A DNA stretch of 63,932 nt, the filler included, from Olpidium bornovanus S191 (lineage: Eukaryota; Fungi; Olpidiomycota): NCBI GenBank assembly GCA_017911155.1. It is 31 parts of 31 records of this genome, joined end to end, with 100 filler letters (N's around TTAATTAATTAA, not from the genome) between each part and the next. Parts side by side here need not be neighbours in the genome. Positions count along the whole stretch, not along the records: positions 12,267 to 15,845 come from JAEFCI010005501.1; positions 15,946 to 17,395 come from JAEFCI010004800.1; positions 17,496 to 21,802 come from JAEFCI010011262.1; positions 21,903 to 25,932 come from JAEFCI010003562.1; positions 26,033 to 28,673 come from JAEFCI010008334.1; 26 more parts are not named here. One strand, 5' to 3'. The notes beneath the pieces are model-generated. The model was not told where the DNA came from. It saw only the letters and a list, made by a program, of their open reading frames with translations, and did no database searches. Below are positions 12,479 to 26,177 of the stretch, piece after piece; position 1 is the first letter of the stretch, and each line of letters starts with the position of its first letter. The translations under genes and the position numbers were made by a program.

Positions 12479-13289
12479 GACTATTTTGCCTTCGAGGGGC
12501 GGGCGAGACGACCTGCGGGTAGTTTTTTTTTTTTTTTTTTTTCTTCGAGGCGCGTGCGCGACGACCTGCGGGGGTTTTTTTAAAAAAAAAAAAAATCCTC
12601 GCGAGACCGCGCACACCCCTCCCTCCTTCTCCTTCCCCTCCCCATCTTCCCCCCACCCCCGAGCGAAACATCGGGTCGGGTCGCAAGTCCGGGAGTGCCG
12701 TACACAGGCGGAGTATTCTAATGTTAAGAAGCCATTGTGGGAGGCAGAGAACGCACAAGTTTCCGAAAAGAAGCGATCATGATGACGAGTGTTCGATGAC
12801 CACACGTGGCACTACTTGTTTATTATCTTGGGCTCACGATAAGCCCGCGGACGACACCGTCGGCTTCTCGTCCGCCGCGCCAAACGGCGCATCTCCCGGC
12901 GGGATGCTGAGTTTGTCAGTTTATAAAACAAAAAACATCGGCCGCGGACATTATGACCGATGGATGGGTGAGGAAAAAAGGAAAGCAGGCGCGCGCTGAG
13001 AGGGTTGGATGCGTGTGTGGTGCGTGGGCGTGTGTGTTTGTGTGTGCATGTTCGTGTGTGTGTGTGTGTTTGGACAGCGGGCGCGCCGCACGGGATGAAG
13101 GCACACACCGGAAGTGATTTCTCGTCACGGGTATACTATCTTCGGTCATCTTGTGTGGAAGCATCTCCGAATGTGCAAGCGGGAGGTGGGGGGGGGGGGG
13201 AGGGAGAGGGGAGGGGTGGGGGAAAGAAGGTGAGATGTTCGGGTCTTATTCCAGACGGCGACGAAACAATACGGCGGAACGGGGATCCT

Positions 13290-15404
13290 TCACGATTCCG
13301 AGTCATGCGACGTGCTCCAAAAAGCCTGGACGTGGCACATGATCGGACAGAACGGACAGGGGTTAGCAGTCGGAAGGCACGGGCTAACGAATGAGGCAGC
13401 GCGGGTCGGCATAAAATAACCAGGAGAGGGGGAGTAGTGGGGGGGGGGAAGAAATATGCTTCGCCTGAGACACAAGGGGGGTATCAGCAGACGCTGTGCA
13501 CGCGACACGCCCCCTCTGATGATTGTGCCGGCGAGGCGCCTCAACGGCAAACACAGTGAGGAACGTTTTGATATGCGACCGAATCAAACCGCGTGTGCAC
13601 TTTCAAGTCACAAAAACGCGGAGAACTATTGGTCGCCTTCGCACTCGAGCTCCGGTTCACCCGGTCTCGCGGGCCGGCAAGTTCGACGTGCGGCGATTGG
13701 AAAAATGGCTCGACACTGGTGGATGACGGGGATGACATGGAGAACTCACCACCACGTCTGAGGCACTGGCCATCATCATGTACACGGGGTTGAACGCCAG
13801 CGCGCGCACCGGCTTGTCATGTCCATCCATGGTTACCAGCGGGTGGATGTCACGGGTAAGGCTACGCATCCGCAGCCCTTCTTTGAGGTCCCACACCCTT
13901 ATTGAACCATCCTGACATCCTGCGATCGCCGGCGCAAGTACGGGCATCAGGAATGAGTCGGGGTACTCGAACCACTTTCGTGGAGATGCGTTAATGGACG
14001 TGGAACAAAAAACAAACAGTGCGTTCGCACCTGCAAGGACGAACTGCACGTCCGGAGTAATCGCAACCTCAAATCCTCTCCCTCTCTCGCCTAACCGCGC
14101 GTCAGGGCTTGGCATGCCGACCAAGCGCAACTGGAGCTGGCCGCTGAAGGCGTCGACGACCAAGACGACGTTGTCGGCCGTTCCAATGACGATGTATTTA
14201 CCGTCCGAACTAAACTGCAGGGACGTCCGGTGGTAATCTGTCGGCCCGTGAAGGCCCCTGTCGCTCGGAAGGTCAAATGTCAAAAAGGGTCCCTACGCAA
14301 GCAGCTCGTTAGGCGTCGGTCCTGCGCGTTGCACAGGCACACCGCGTTGCGCCAAAAACGCGTCATCGCCGCACCTTTTCTATTTGTCGCACGTCGTACA
14401 TCAGGATCGGGCCCGAGCTTGCACTCACGGCGTAGCAAAGACCGTCGGGGTCGTATGCGGCGGTTGATCTAGTACCGCTGCTCCCGAGCATCATGCACCC
14501 GCGCTGGTAAAAAAAAAAGGGTGAGAACAAAAGACAAGAGGCGATCAGCAGAGCGCGTCGCCAACATGAATGTTTGGTGAAACATTCCTACCTGCCGACC
14601 GGGGCTCCTGACATCCCAGATCCGCACCGTGCCGTCAAGGGACGTCGACAGGAATTGGTCTTCCATCGGAGACACGTCCAAGGAGAGAACTCTTCACACG
14701 TGGCGCATTTTTGTCAGCGACCGGTGTTTATGCGGGGCAAGGCTCAAAAGGGACGCGCCAACCTGTCAGCGTGGCCCTTGAAAAAGCGGATGTACGTGTT
14801 GTCGTGGAGCGAATGGTAACGGATTGCATCTAAGCGGACGGGGAAAGGCCTGAGTAAGCGAAATAATCAGGGCCCGGGCACGGAGCAAGCTGGCCTGAAA
14901 TTTTACCGGAATCCTTCGTAGAGGCGTGGATGATGCACATTGGTCCGTGCATGAATCGCGCGGCGTGAGCTCCGTATTTCCTCGATAGGACTGTCTTCGA
15001 CTCGCTGTAAACGGTCAAAAGTGCCCCGCCCCCGTTTCAGCTCTCCTCTTTCACCGGCACACTCCGAGCGAAACCCAACCCCTCCCCCCGCCCTCCGCTC
15101 CCCTCCGCGTTTCTCCCCGCACGAGCCGAGCGCCCACCGCCCCGTCCCGCTTCGCCGGCCTGACCCCTCACGTTGCCTCCTTGACGTCGTAGAGCCGTAT
15201 GCTGTCGTCATCTGCGGTCGCTACACAGAACAACCCCGAGCGGTGGAAATTCAGGGAGGTCACCGTCGCCGGGTAACCCTTGAACACGCGCGCCGGAACA
15301 AACGTGGGGACGGACTCGTAGCTCGTGAGCCCGGCGCCCTTGGAGCCGGCGACGGCCGCTCCGGGGTTTCCGGGGCCCCGAAAGGGCGGCTGCGCGAACG
15401 ACAT
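13290..15404 (-). CDS. WDR82: WD40 protein Swd2/WDR82 (COMPASS and cleavage/polyadenylation factor subunit); multi-exon, apparently complete
   Basis: VTSLNFHRSGLFCVATADDDSIRLYD, SRKYGAHAARF, DAIRYHSLHDNTYIRFFKGH, DQFLSTSLDGTVRIWDVRS, LQFSSDGKYIVI, LAFNPVYMMMASA. Final exon 13325-13290 (AFWSTSHDSES*) corresponds to the AFW terminus of WDR82. Confidence 0.93.
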
Positions 15405-15484
15405 GGGCGGGCACTGTTAACACGTCGCGGGGAAGCAAAGGGGTGTTGTTTGCCGCGTTGGCCTGACACGAGAGAGAGCGCAAG

Positions 15485-15515
<31 letters not shown>

Positions 15516-16467
15516 CTTTTTTTTTTTTTTTTCCCCCGGGCCCCCCCCCCCCCCCCCCCGTTTTTTTCCGGGCGCTCATCCGGGCGGGGAACAAGCGTCC
15601 GCCCCTTTCACAGGGCTTGGGCGGCCCACCGCCACCACCGCCCGTCTCACGCGATCCTCCCCTCCCCTTCCGGAGAACGGCGCGGAAGGGGAGTAATATC
15701 TCACGGACGGAGGGGGAACATCACCATGGGAGGATGAGGGCCTGTTTGTTCTGCCGCATCAGGGTGCTACCCCTTGCAGAACTTGAACAGAACCAGTCAG
15801 GACCCCGCCCGTGCGTGCGTGCTTTGTGCAGCTGGCCGTCGCGGCNNNNNNNNNNNNNNNNNNNNNNNNNNNNNNNNNNNNNNNNNNNNTTAATTAATTA
15901 ANNNNNNNNNNNNNNNNNNNNNNNNNNNNNNNNNNNNNNNNNNNNAACGCGGAGCGACGTGCGGATGTGGCCGGAAACAGCCGGTTTCTGCATCAAGGAA
16001 CGAAAAAATAAAAAAAAATAAAAAACAAGAAAGGAATGGTGCTCGTGTGCGCCTTGGGTCCGCATGCAGTTTTGACAGAAGAAACAAAAAAGAAAAGGGA
16101 ACCCAAAGACAAAAAAATTATTTTTTGTTTAAAATACAGCCTGTTTGAAGAGCCAGTAGGGCTGGCGAGGCGGAACGTCAAATAAGCGGGGTCCGTGGGC
16201 AGGTAACAGAAAGCATAAGATCAAAATAATCGGATGATAACTTTGAACATAATGTCGTTGAGAACTCATGGAATGCGCCAGAAGTAAAGGGCGGGAAGGG
16301 GTTTTCCCCAAAGGGCGTGCAGCGATAATTCGCAACCAACCTTGAGCCCAGAAAGCGTCTGGATCATTCCTTTTTGCATGCTTTCCACGCTGCTGGTGGT
16401 CGTGTTAATCGGAGTGGTGCGGAAAGAACCGCGACTGGTCCTGGGATTGTGGCTTGTCCTGGTGCTG

Positions 16468-16990
16468 CTAGGTAGAAGTGGCGCAGTCGGGGGAGTCAGC
16501 GCAGCGACCAAGACAACGCACAGCGCTCAGGGGATTTCGAGATGCTCCTAATGATGCGGGAGGCTGCATAGTAACGCCCATGCTTTTCAGAGTTTTGTCC
16601 GCCTTCGGCCAGCTTGAGTCTTCGCTAGAGACGTTCGTGGCGATGGCTTGCAGCGACGGCTCCGTATGCTCTTGTCGCGGCGAGGCGGGCGAAGGGGTCG
16701 GAACGCGAGAGCGTCTGTCGTTGAACTGCGGGCGGTAACCGTCGCGGGTTTTCCCGTTGGCCAGGCGGGAAGCCGTGCCCCTGGCGGTCGACCTCGTCTG
16801 GTTGCGCACGCCTGCCTCGGGGCCTTGCTGGTGCAAAAGACGCGAGTTGCGGTTGCTGCTGTTGCTGTCGTCGTTGCCTTGCTGCGTCAGGTCGTCTCGC
16901 CAAAGTCGAGGTTTTGGCGAGCCGGGCAGCCTGCTCGGTGTGGTTATTCCGGCCCTGTCCTCGTCCTCTGCAGTTGCCGTTGGCCTTTTC
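16468..16990 (-). CDS. Possible exon of a disordered hypothetical protein
   Basis: Open frame of ~170 codons after a TAG that could be an acceptor (RPTATAEDEDRAGITTPSRLPGSPK...). No recognisable motif. Confidence 0.25.
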
Positions 16991-17040
16991 TACGAACGCT
17001 CCTCCCCCGGCTTTTTATAAAAGCCCCCTTCCCCCTTCCT

Positions 17041-17059
<19 letters not shown>

Positions 17060-17071
<12 letters not shown>

Positions 17072-17395
17072 CCGCCGCAGCCGTTGCTGAACGCGTTTCC
17101 GTTGCTAACCGCCTTGTCGTTGCCAACTACGTTGCCGCTGCTAGACGAGCTGCGCTGCTAAACGCGTTGCTGTCGCCAACGTCCCAGACGTCCTTATCGT
17201 TGACGTCATCGTCACTGACGTCATTGCCGTTGCCGTTGCTGTCGCTGTCGCACTGCAGTTGACGTGCCGTTTCTGTTGCTAACCACGTTATCGTTATCGT
17301 GTTGGCGTTGGCGTTGTTGCTGACGCCGCCGCTGCCGCCCGTTGCTAACCCTATTGCTGCTACTGTTGCCGTTGCCGCTATCAGAGGGAGGCATG
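17060..17395. repeat. Degenerate simple-sequence mosaic (GTTGCC/GTTGCT/GTCGCT units)
   Basis: Dense cryptic 3- and 6-nt periodicity running to the contig end. Confidence 0.6.
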
Positions 17396-18524
17396 NNNNN
17401 NNNNNNNNNNNNNNNNNNNNNNNNNNNNNNNNNNNNNNNTTAATTAATTAANNNNNNNNNNNNNNNNNNNNNNNNNNNNNNNNNNNNNNNNNNNNCATGG
17501 CCGAGTTCCAGCGCGCGCAGAACAAGCAGAGGAGGAGGACTCGTCTGCTCAGTTTTGCACGTCTTGGAAGAAAAAAACAGTTCGGCGCCCGCGGGTGCGT
17601 CTCTGATAAGCGAGAGCGGTGGGGGTCGACGGTTTTTCTGTACCAGGCTGACGTCCGAAGAAAACGTCGCCGAGATTGTGAACAGACTGGAGAGGGTGCC
17701 TCGACGTGAATTCGCCAAGCACAACGACCAGAGCGGCCGAGTTGCCTTCGACATGGCCGTACTTGGGGGGAGGGAGCGCGCTTGAAGCAATTTGCCTTCT
17801 TCAAGAGGCAGTTCCCGCATGGTCGGAGGGCACACTGGTTTACATCGCAGAGCCACCGCTCGTTAAGGCAAGTCGACGCTTCGTCGCTGTTTCCCCTCGG
17901 TTAACGCAGCGTTCAATGCATACATGAGGTTTGCTTTAAAGCACAGATTCGCGGTGCGGCGGGGAAGAGATCTGCCACGGCGGCCGGGGTCTGGCGTCTG
18001 GCTTACGAGTAGGATAATAAAACCAACTTTCGCCGGGAGTATTTTAGACAACACCCCCCCTCCCCCTTTCCCCCAAATAAATCCTGGCCGCACAGTCGAC
18101 GGGTCAAAGTCCGAAAGACGAATCGCGGCCGCGGCAATCAACATCGGGCAACCGTTTGATTGCGGGCTTCGGCAAGGGCAAACCGTCGGAGCGTTCGACG
18201 CGAAACTAAAAGAACCATATCGCGATAAACGACCGACATATCCCAGAAAGAGTCCATCCCAAGGTGCCCGCAGCCGTCCCAGGAGTATTTCGGAGATCGT
18301 CAGTGTGGGGCGTGTTTGGGGTCTGTACGTTCTATCTTGTCTTTTTTTCCGCTTGCCAAACCGCGCGCGCGCGCGGCGGCGCCAGAGGTGGGGCAGGAAA
18401 CTCGCTGCGTCCGTGTCCTGCCAAAGGGGGGGGAAAAACCAACCAAAATCTAAACCGCCCACGGGGGTGCCGGGTGCCAGATATGCATTAGGGCAAACGG
18501 GCCCCCCGGCGTCGCCCGCCTCCT

Positions 18525-18994
18525 TCACCCGTCTTCATCAATTTCGCACGTCATCGGGCCGGCGTCAACTTCCGGCTCGGCGACCGCCATCCCGACCATC
18601 GGCCCGGGTGGTACGCCCGCCGTCTTCCCGTTGACGGGGGCCGAAGGGACGAACTCGCAGGTCCCGTCCGGCGGCGGAAACGAGTCACCCCACGGGTGAC
18701 CGGCGAGCGCGCGCGCGACGTCGGCTTCGGGGCGCTCCCACATGCTCCGGGCCAGGACGTGGGGACGCCGGGGCCCGCGCGAGGAGAACCCGATCGGCCT
18801 CGCGGGGTCGAAGACCGGACACGACGGCGGGGGCCGGCCGTGCGCGCAGGACGCCGGCGTGGGGGGAGCCCGCGGGAGAAACAGCGGGTGGGCCTCGGTC
18901 GTGAAGACGAAGTTGGAATCTGCGCGGCTGAGCGGGTGGTCTTGGGGATTTTCGGTGGGGCCGAGACAAACCGCGGATGGACCCGATTTCGCGG

Positions 18995-19031
<37 letters not shown>

Positions 19032-21448
19032 GGATTCCACACAAACGTTCGCACGGGCGAAAAAAACCGCAAAACCCCCGAGGTAGCCTTAGATCGTGAC
19101 CAAAATGCGAAGACATTACCATGGGCCGACTCGCGACACGACACGTACCAGGGTCAAAAAGGAGGTATAGGTATTTCAGCGTCTCACTAAGTGTAAAACT
19201 CTCCATCCGGCTATCAAGCGTCATATTATGCACGTCCGCGATTGCTGCGAACCCGCACCGGGTGCGGGCGTTGGTTTGTATATCCTGCATGACGTTTTCT
19301 CCGACGTCTATATAAAATTGGTTTTTTGTTGCCTGAGAGAGAGAGAGAGAGAGAGAGCATTCAAATTATCGCTGCGAAACCGCGGAAAGCCGCAAAAAAA
19401 AAGCCACACCGTTCGCCCGGCGTCTTCACCTGGTACAGCATGTACGTTGACTCTATGAATTCTGGCCGCAGAGGGTAGTGGGAATTTATCGCTTCTTGAT
19501 TGTAAAAATCAAAACGTTCGGGCAAGGCGCCGTAGCGCTGCCAGAGCGCGTTGTAGAAAAGATGGATTCTTACTGCCGACTCGACGTCGCCGGCGAGCAC
19601 CTGAACGGGGGGGAAGGGCGGGGGGGGCGACCGCGTCAATTGCTAAGATCCAGGCCGGCGCCCGAAAACGAGCGGGCTGACCCGGTCGGAACAGGGTGCG
19701 TGTGTGCGCCTCACCTGGAGCCCGGGAAAGAACGCCGCGAGGCTGTCCACCCAGGGCGCGACGAGCATTCCGGTGAGCATGTCGACGTTGCGGAGCACGT
19801 ACCCGGTGGGGTCGCGCACGCGCGCCATGATGGCGTTGTACGCCACTTCGAACACGTGGAAGTAGTCGCACTCGCCGAAGAGGATGTACGCCTTCATGAG
19901 GTACTCGAAGAAGCTGTCCGCGCCCGCGCCCACGGACGAGGCGGTGTGGGACCACAGGCCGGAAGTGACGTTGATGACGTTGCCGAGAAGGTCGATGTCC
20001 GAGCGGCGCCTCCACAGCTCCGCCATCGACTTCTTCGCGGCGGTCTCGAACCGCGCGTCGTCAGTCAGCCGGGAGAGCACGCCGAATTCCAGGACGAGCG
20101 TCCCCGCCCCCGCGAGGCAGTTCTCGCCCGCGGCGTCCGGCGGGAGGCCGGCGCGCAAGTTCACTTTCGGGTACGGGATGCCCGACGGCGACGAGTCGAA
20201 CGCGGGGAGAAGCCTCTTCCCGAGGTCGTGCGCCATCCGCAGCAGCTGGCCGTCGTACCACGGGACGAACGTCGGGAGTTCGGGATCGCTCGCCAGTTGG
20301 TGAGCCGACAGCTGCCATTGCGTTGAAACGGTTCCACCGGGTTCACGAAATGAGGTGACGGCAGGCCGCGGCGGGCTGGGTGCGCGCGCGTCAACTGGGG
20401 GGGGCGCCGCGACACTCGTACCAGGCCCCCGAGCATGCGGATGGTGACTTCGAAAACGAGCACCGTGCTGTCCAGATCGAAGTGCACGTGGTCGATCGCG
20501 AGGCGCACGGCCTTTTCAAATTCCTCCTGTTCGCCCAGAAGCTGAGAAGGCCTTACGGGTGGTCAGACTCTCAAATCGCCCGCGGCCTTTTTTTTTTTTT
20601 TTTTTTTTTTTTCCGGCGGGAGTGCGCTTGCGTACCGCCAAGGCGTCCAGCGTGTCCACCAGCGTCAGCGAGTAACCGCCGAGGACGTCGTTCTCTGAAA
20701 ACCTTCTGCGCCAAAAGAAGAAATAAAAAGGGCAACCGCGACGGGTAAGCCCGAACTGCGCAGGTAAGAACGCCCCTCGAAGAAACTTGGCGCTAGCGAT
20801 CCATGCATTTACGGTTTTTTTGACTTTCCCCTCCCTTTGCACCGGAGCGGGTCAAGCTCGTCTTCCGGGAAGGCGTATTCGAGGTAGCCCCGCCATGCGT
20901 GAAGGAACATCTCGCGTGCCTCTGCCCTGCTGCCAGTTCGCGCCCGGGCGGCGAGCACCAGCGGAGGGTGGGGGGTGGGGGGGGGCAGATTTCAGCCGCC
21001 GTTGACGTCGTTTTTTTTTTTCGACGCAAGGACTTTCGCCTGTGGTTGCGTCCGCGCGCGGCCGCCAAAAACCCACTTCCCCTTTCCCGTACCGTAGCCT
21101 CGCTAGTCGAGCGTCGAACGCTTCCGCCGCCGTTGGCCGCGGTGCGGCGAGGAGCTGCAGCAGGAGCAGCAGCAGCAGCACCGCGGGTAGACTCACGAAC
21201 GGGACACGCCGGCCGGGGGGGACGTCCGGGGACCGCGGCAGCCGCCTGCTACGGCCGGGGGTTCCGGCCGGCCGCGGTAGTCGCCGACAGGCGGGCATCC
21301 CCGTCCCGCTTCGGGGGCGGACCGCTTTCTGGGGCGAGGCGCGCTGCGCGTTGCGCCCCTCCCTGCGGCGCAACTCCGGACGACCACTCGCAGTTTCCGC
21401 GCAGGGCGGCGCCGGGGTCAGAACAGAGAGCCACCGGCGTTTTGTCAT
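18525..21448 (-). CDS. EDEM: ER degradation-enhancing alpha-1,2-mannosidase (GH47, EDEM/Mnl1-Htm1 type); multi-exon
   Basis: Signal/TM segment VLLLLLLLQLLAA, then REMFLHAWRGYLEYAFPEDELDPL, YSLTLVDTLDAL, FEVTIRMLGGL, VGAGADSFFEYLMKAY, YPLRPEFIESTYMLY, MESFTLSETLKYLYLLFD, FVFTTEAHP. Start may be 21448 or 21298; the gene may continue towards 17496. Confidence 0.94.
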
Positions 21449-22255
21449 CCGGAAACGGCCGCACCCCTCCTCCCTCCCCCTCCTCCTCCCCCTCCTCCTC
21501 GCCCCCTCCCCGTCGGCTGGGCCTCTGAGGCCAGCGGCTGGCGCGCTCACGGAATACGAAAAGGCGCGGGGATAAATGGATAAATGGAGAAAACGATCAT
21601 TATTGCTGGAAAACTGCGCAAAAACCAATAGACTAATGCATGCTGAGTTAGTGTACACAAGTGAGTTAATGCGAAAAGAAACATGACGTGTGCGATATGA
21701 TTAAAAGAGCAGCGCTCGCCGAACGGATTAAGTGGGGTGTGGAATTCGCAGGGTCGTGCGACATTGTTCGTGGGAAATAGATGAGTCGCGCGTATTAGCC
21801 CCNNNNNNNNNNNNNNNNNNNNNNNNNNNNNNNNNNNNNNNNNNNNTTAATTAATTAANNNNNNNNNNNNNNNNNNNNNNNNNNNNNNNNNNNNNNNNNN
21901 NNCATGCATACATAATCCGAAACGACCGTTGTTCCATTTTTACAGTATAACCAGACAGGATGGTTTTAGTTGGCGTTTTCTGTTCCAAACAATCGGACGA
22001 AGCGTAACAGCCGGAGCAGCCAGCACGACCTCAACTAGGTCTGGCTTTTCTCTTTTTGACGCGTGTCCAAATTATTTGAGAAACGCGAGCTTGAAATTCT
22101 CGGGCGTACAAGATTCTTGAGGCACGGCAGGCGCCGGGTTTCAACACGCCTCGTGTCTTCTCAAAAACAGCATCGGCCAATGGCGGCCTTCCCACTTTAC
22201 CGGTAGGCCAGACCGCCGCATTCCGGAAAAGTTTTTCGTCTCTTGCTCCATCGTG

Positions 22256-25200
22256 CTATCGCCAATTGTCCCCCGCGCCTGCGGCGACGTCAACCCTCGT
22301 TACCGCCGTTGGCGCAGCGGCGCGGGCAGCGATACACGAGACCGACGAGATGAAGTTGCAAGCTACAGAGACGATCTCCGTGCTGAATTCGTCGCCGGAC
22401 GCAGGCGGCGGCAGATCTGGACGGGCATATGGGCACAACTCAGCTGAAACGATGGGATGAGCAATGAGAGAAAGTCTTCGCGGGCGCAACGGACCGATAA
22501 TCATCTGGGCGATGTCCTGCAAATATCTCACGGAGGCTGCTAATTGCGGCTCTAGACACGCATTGCTGTCAGTAAACCTGCAGCTTTTTGCGCAATTAGA
22601 ATGTTTTTGGAGCCACAAGGTGGTTATTTTTTGCGGTCTCGATTTTTTTTCCCTTCACGGTTCTTTTTGTTCTTTCTTTATTTTTTGTTTTTTTTTTCGA
22701 CAAAAAACTATTGCCACCGACATACACAAGGTTATGGGCCACTTTCAACGCCGAGGAGGCTAGCTCCTGATCCCCTTCTTCCACAGCGTCAGCAAGCAGG
22801 TCACTCAGTCTGTATTGGGCACAATTTGTTTTGGTGTGGTCAACCGATCCGTCGGCCAGTTCGCGGCAATGCGGGGCGCGCGCGTGTTTCGAAACTGTCG
22901 TGAGCAAAAACAAACAGATACCTCGTCATAGTGGCAGCGCGAGCTGCTCCGGGCAGAAACTGCGTTTTTAACGCGGACGCTTCGTCGACGGGGCTTCTCT
23001 TGCTCGGGGCATCCGGCTGGGCCAGGTTCATCAGCAGGCCGCAGGCTGCGATCTGGACAACGCGATCATCGCCGGAAATGAGTTCTGACACGACCTTGTC
23101 GGCTTAGCTCGAGGAGCGGCGAAGAAGGGAATTCAGCAGGTCGGCGCGGGCGTGATCACCGAGGAACCGTATCGCCGCCGTGCCCAGCGGTCGCCTTTTT
23201 ACCGTTCAACCTCAGCATGTCAGCGTGCATTTCGCGCGAGTCTCTTGCCGCGTTCGAGAGCACGCTCAGTGATTCGGCAGCCACCTCCGGATTAGCGTGG
23301 TACAGCAGAGGAACGATGCCTGTCGCAGGCAACCCCATTGGTCAGCAGCAGCACCACCTCGGCCGTACTGGCTAATCGGCACGCTCTGAAGCGCAGTTTC
23401 TGACGCACATGCCACCATCTCCTTTCCCAATCCCAGGGCGCTCGGCTGTGACCTTTCGGCCGCGCCGAAACCGTAGTAGCTGAGATTGTTTAAGAGCCCG
23501 ATGATGTTGAGCACAAATTCCTCCGTGAAATCCGCCCCGGACCGTTTGCGGGAAGCCGCGCGATTCGGCTTGTTGCCTCGTTTGGATTCGTCGTTGTTGT
23601 CAGGCGCCATGATCACAGGTACCGTTTTCTTCAGCAGAGATACGGCAGAGCCGAGCACTTCGCAGTTAGCAGCCAGCCGGCTGCCAAGGCACGCATCAAG
23701 CGCAAGATTCGCAAGTAGCCTTAAAAGCTGGGCGGGACGCGGAGCGTGAGCTTCCGCGTGCGGCGCATGTGCGCCTCTTTCTGTGCGCGACGACCCAATG
23801 CCCGAATTCCGTCAACTTCGGGTTGTCTTCCCCCTCCCACCTTGATGAGGGGATCCGTGTAGCCGCAGCGATGGCGCAATGAGCTGCTGGCCTGATCTGA
23901 GCTGTCCGGGCCACCTTCCCATTCGGCCCGTACGTATGAGCCAAAAAGTTGCCCCAACTCCTCCAAGTAACGGCCAACACGAGCGTGAACGTCCGCCGCG
24001 TCGGATTCCGCAGGGTACGTGTGCGTAAGATTGCCAATGAGGAAAAGTACGCGAACAACGAGGCTCTTGATTCGAAACAGAAGAAGATTTAAAAAAGATA
24101 AAATAAAATGAGGCATGGACTCATGAGTTACAACGTGCAGTACCGTCCAGAAACAGAAAAAAAATTGTGTGCTGTACGTACAATATCTGTCGGATTGGCG
24201 AACAAAACGTCTAAAAGACATTCTGCAAGGTGGCAGTGCTTCTTGAGCTCTCCTTGGAACTCTTCTTCCGCTGACAATTTACTGCATTGCGGGATGCCGC
24301 ACGAGCGCCATTTATTTCATTCTGCGCCATCATGTTCAAGAAGCAATCGACGGAATTTCTTCGTTTCGGATGCCGGGTTGCAGCTCGTACCTCAGAATTC
24401 TCACAGCGTTTAATGTGATGTCGTGCCAAACATCGTTGAGGGCGTCGACTCTCGTGGTGACTAATAAAGCCACATGTCGTACGAGATTGCTGTCTGAAAT
24501 CACTTGGTGGTATGCTGGGTTATGGATGGAATGGTGCACGAGGTTCCGCAGCGCCGCTGTCACCTACAAGAAAAATGTGTCGACGGCGTTATAGACTGGA
24601 CAAAACCAAACGCCGGTCGGAAGAAAAAGGCGTGAATAATGTACCTGCACAAGAAGACATCCTATCCTGGTGGCGAATTCGGCGCAAAAAGCCGTTTCAC
24701 GGATCTGAAGGATTTTTTAACAGAATTTAGAAACAGACGACTGCGTGACGACGGGTCTCCGAAGGCTGAGGCGTTTCGGCCGTCATGAAGTCCTCGGTTG
24801 TGTTCTGAAACAAGCAACAGTTTACCTTCAAGACCTCGTCGATGCACCTGCTCAGCACATGAACGCACCCAGCATTTGCAAGATCTTCCTGGTTGGATTT
24901 CCCGTTTGCTATATTCTTCAGAATGGCAGCAAGGTGAAGAGACGTTTCTAGTCTCAGCTGTCCGCTGTCAGGCTTGTTGATGTGGTCCAGCGTAAAGTCG
25001 AGTAGAGCAGGAAGGGAGGCTGAAACGCGCAGAGAAACCCCCGGTGAAGACCGGCTGATGTGGGCATCGTTTCTATTCCCTTTCTCTTCCCCGCCATCCC
25101 CCCTGGCCCAGCCACATCCCGGTTTGAAACGGAAGGGAAACTCCGAGAGATGAAACCAAACGCGTCGAAAATCTCTTACACGTTAAAGCAAAGAGTTTGA

Positions 25201-25760
25201 AGTATCCGTCATTTGCTTCCACCTTGCTCAACTTGCACAGCAGTTTGCAAACAATTGCAACCAGTTTGGCGTCCGATGTTACCTAGACGCGGATGACACG
25301 ATCCAGCTGCTCAGCGTCAGGACTCTTACCGACTTTAATCGCGGCTGGCGCGCGTCGCCGTAACCATTACGTTAAAGTAGGATACCTTTAGGGTGATGGC
25401 TGCGGCCCCGATTGTCGCTCCGCAGTCTTTTGAATTGTCATCGAGAAAAGGCACGATCTTCCGCAAGATCGAGTTTACGCGCTTTCCGTTCCCGTTGCCG
25501 CTGCAGAGTGGGTCGCAATACTCGAATGCCGCAGTGTCGACAGCCTCCATAATGTCTAAGAGCGTCTCCTGGGCCGAGTTGCTCGCGATAGTGGAACCAT
25601 CGTCGGCATCGTGGACTTTAAGTTTATCAAGTAGGGTATCAATCGTCTGTTGGGGCTTTGCGAGATCGTCAGGTGAGTAGTCCCGCTGCTGGTGCACGTC
25701 CGTGGATGCTCGTCGCTCGTGATTATTGGCCTGGGATGCGGTTATGTTTGCTGACCACAA
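22256..25760 (-). CDS. ARMC2: Armadillo repeat-containing protein 2 (ciliary radial-spoke IFT adaptor); multi-exon, ends approximate
   Basis: Exon peptides LKNIANGKSNQEDLANAG, TAALRNL, LVVRVLFLIGNLT, EEFVLNIIGLLNNLSYY, AACGLLMNL occur in the same order as ARMC2 motifs (LVVRVVFILGNLT, EELVINATATINNLSYY, ACGVLLNL). Confidence 0.85.
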
Positions 25761-26177
25761 GTAGTTTAGTCAGACGTCCGTTCGCGAAAGAGCGAACGCG
25801 ACGTGTTCTCTGCTGACTTTGAGATTTGTCCAATTCTTTTTCGGCAGATTCCCCAAGGTTACGGCGCACGCTTCCTTTTTCCGCCAGAGGCACCAACCGC
25901 CGCGGGGCAGAGGGGATCTGCGCGACGCCATGNNNNNNNNNNNNNNNNNNNNNNNNNNNNNNNNNNNNNNNNNNNNTTAATTAATTAANNNNNNNNNNNN
26001 NNNNNNNNNNNNNNNNNNNNNNNNNNNNNNNNCCGGCCGACCGCGGGGGCGCGGTTTGATTTCGTGAGCGACCAACGCCATCCCCCCGCCCCCACCCCTT
26101 CTCCGCCCCGACCAGTTCGAGGGAAACCGGTTTTTGGGGACCGCTTCCATCTTTTTTTCAAAAAAAAAAAAACAAAC

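Noticed and set aside
22730-22740. GGTTATGGGCC as a third copia PBS
   Set aside because: It is the antisense of an ARMC2 exon (KVAHNL), with no LTR or gag context.
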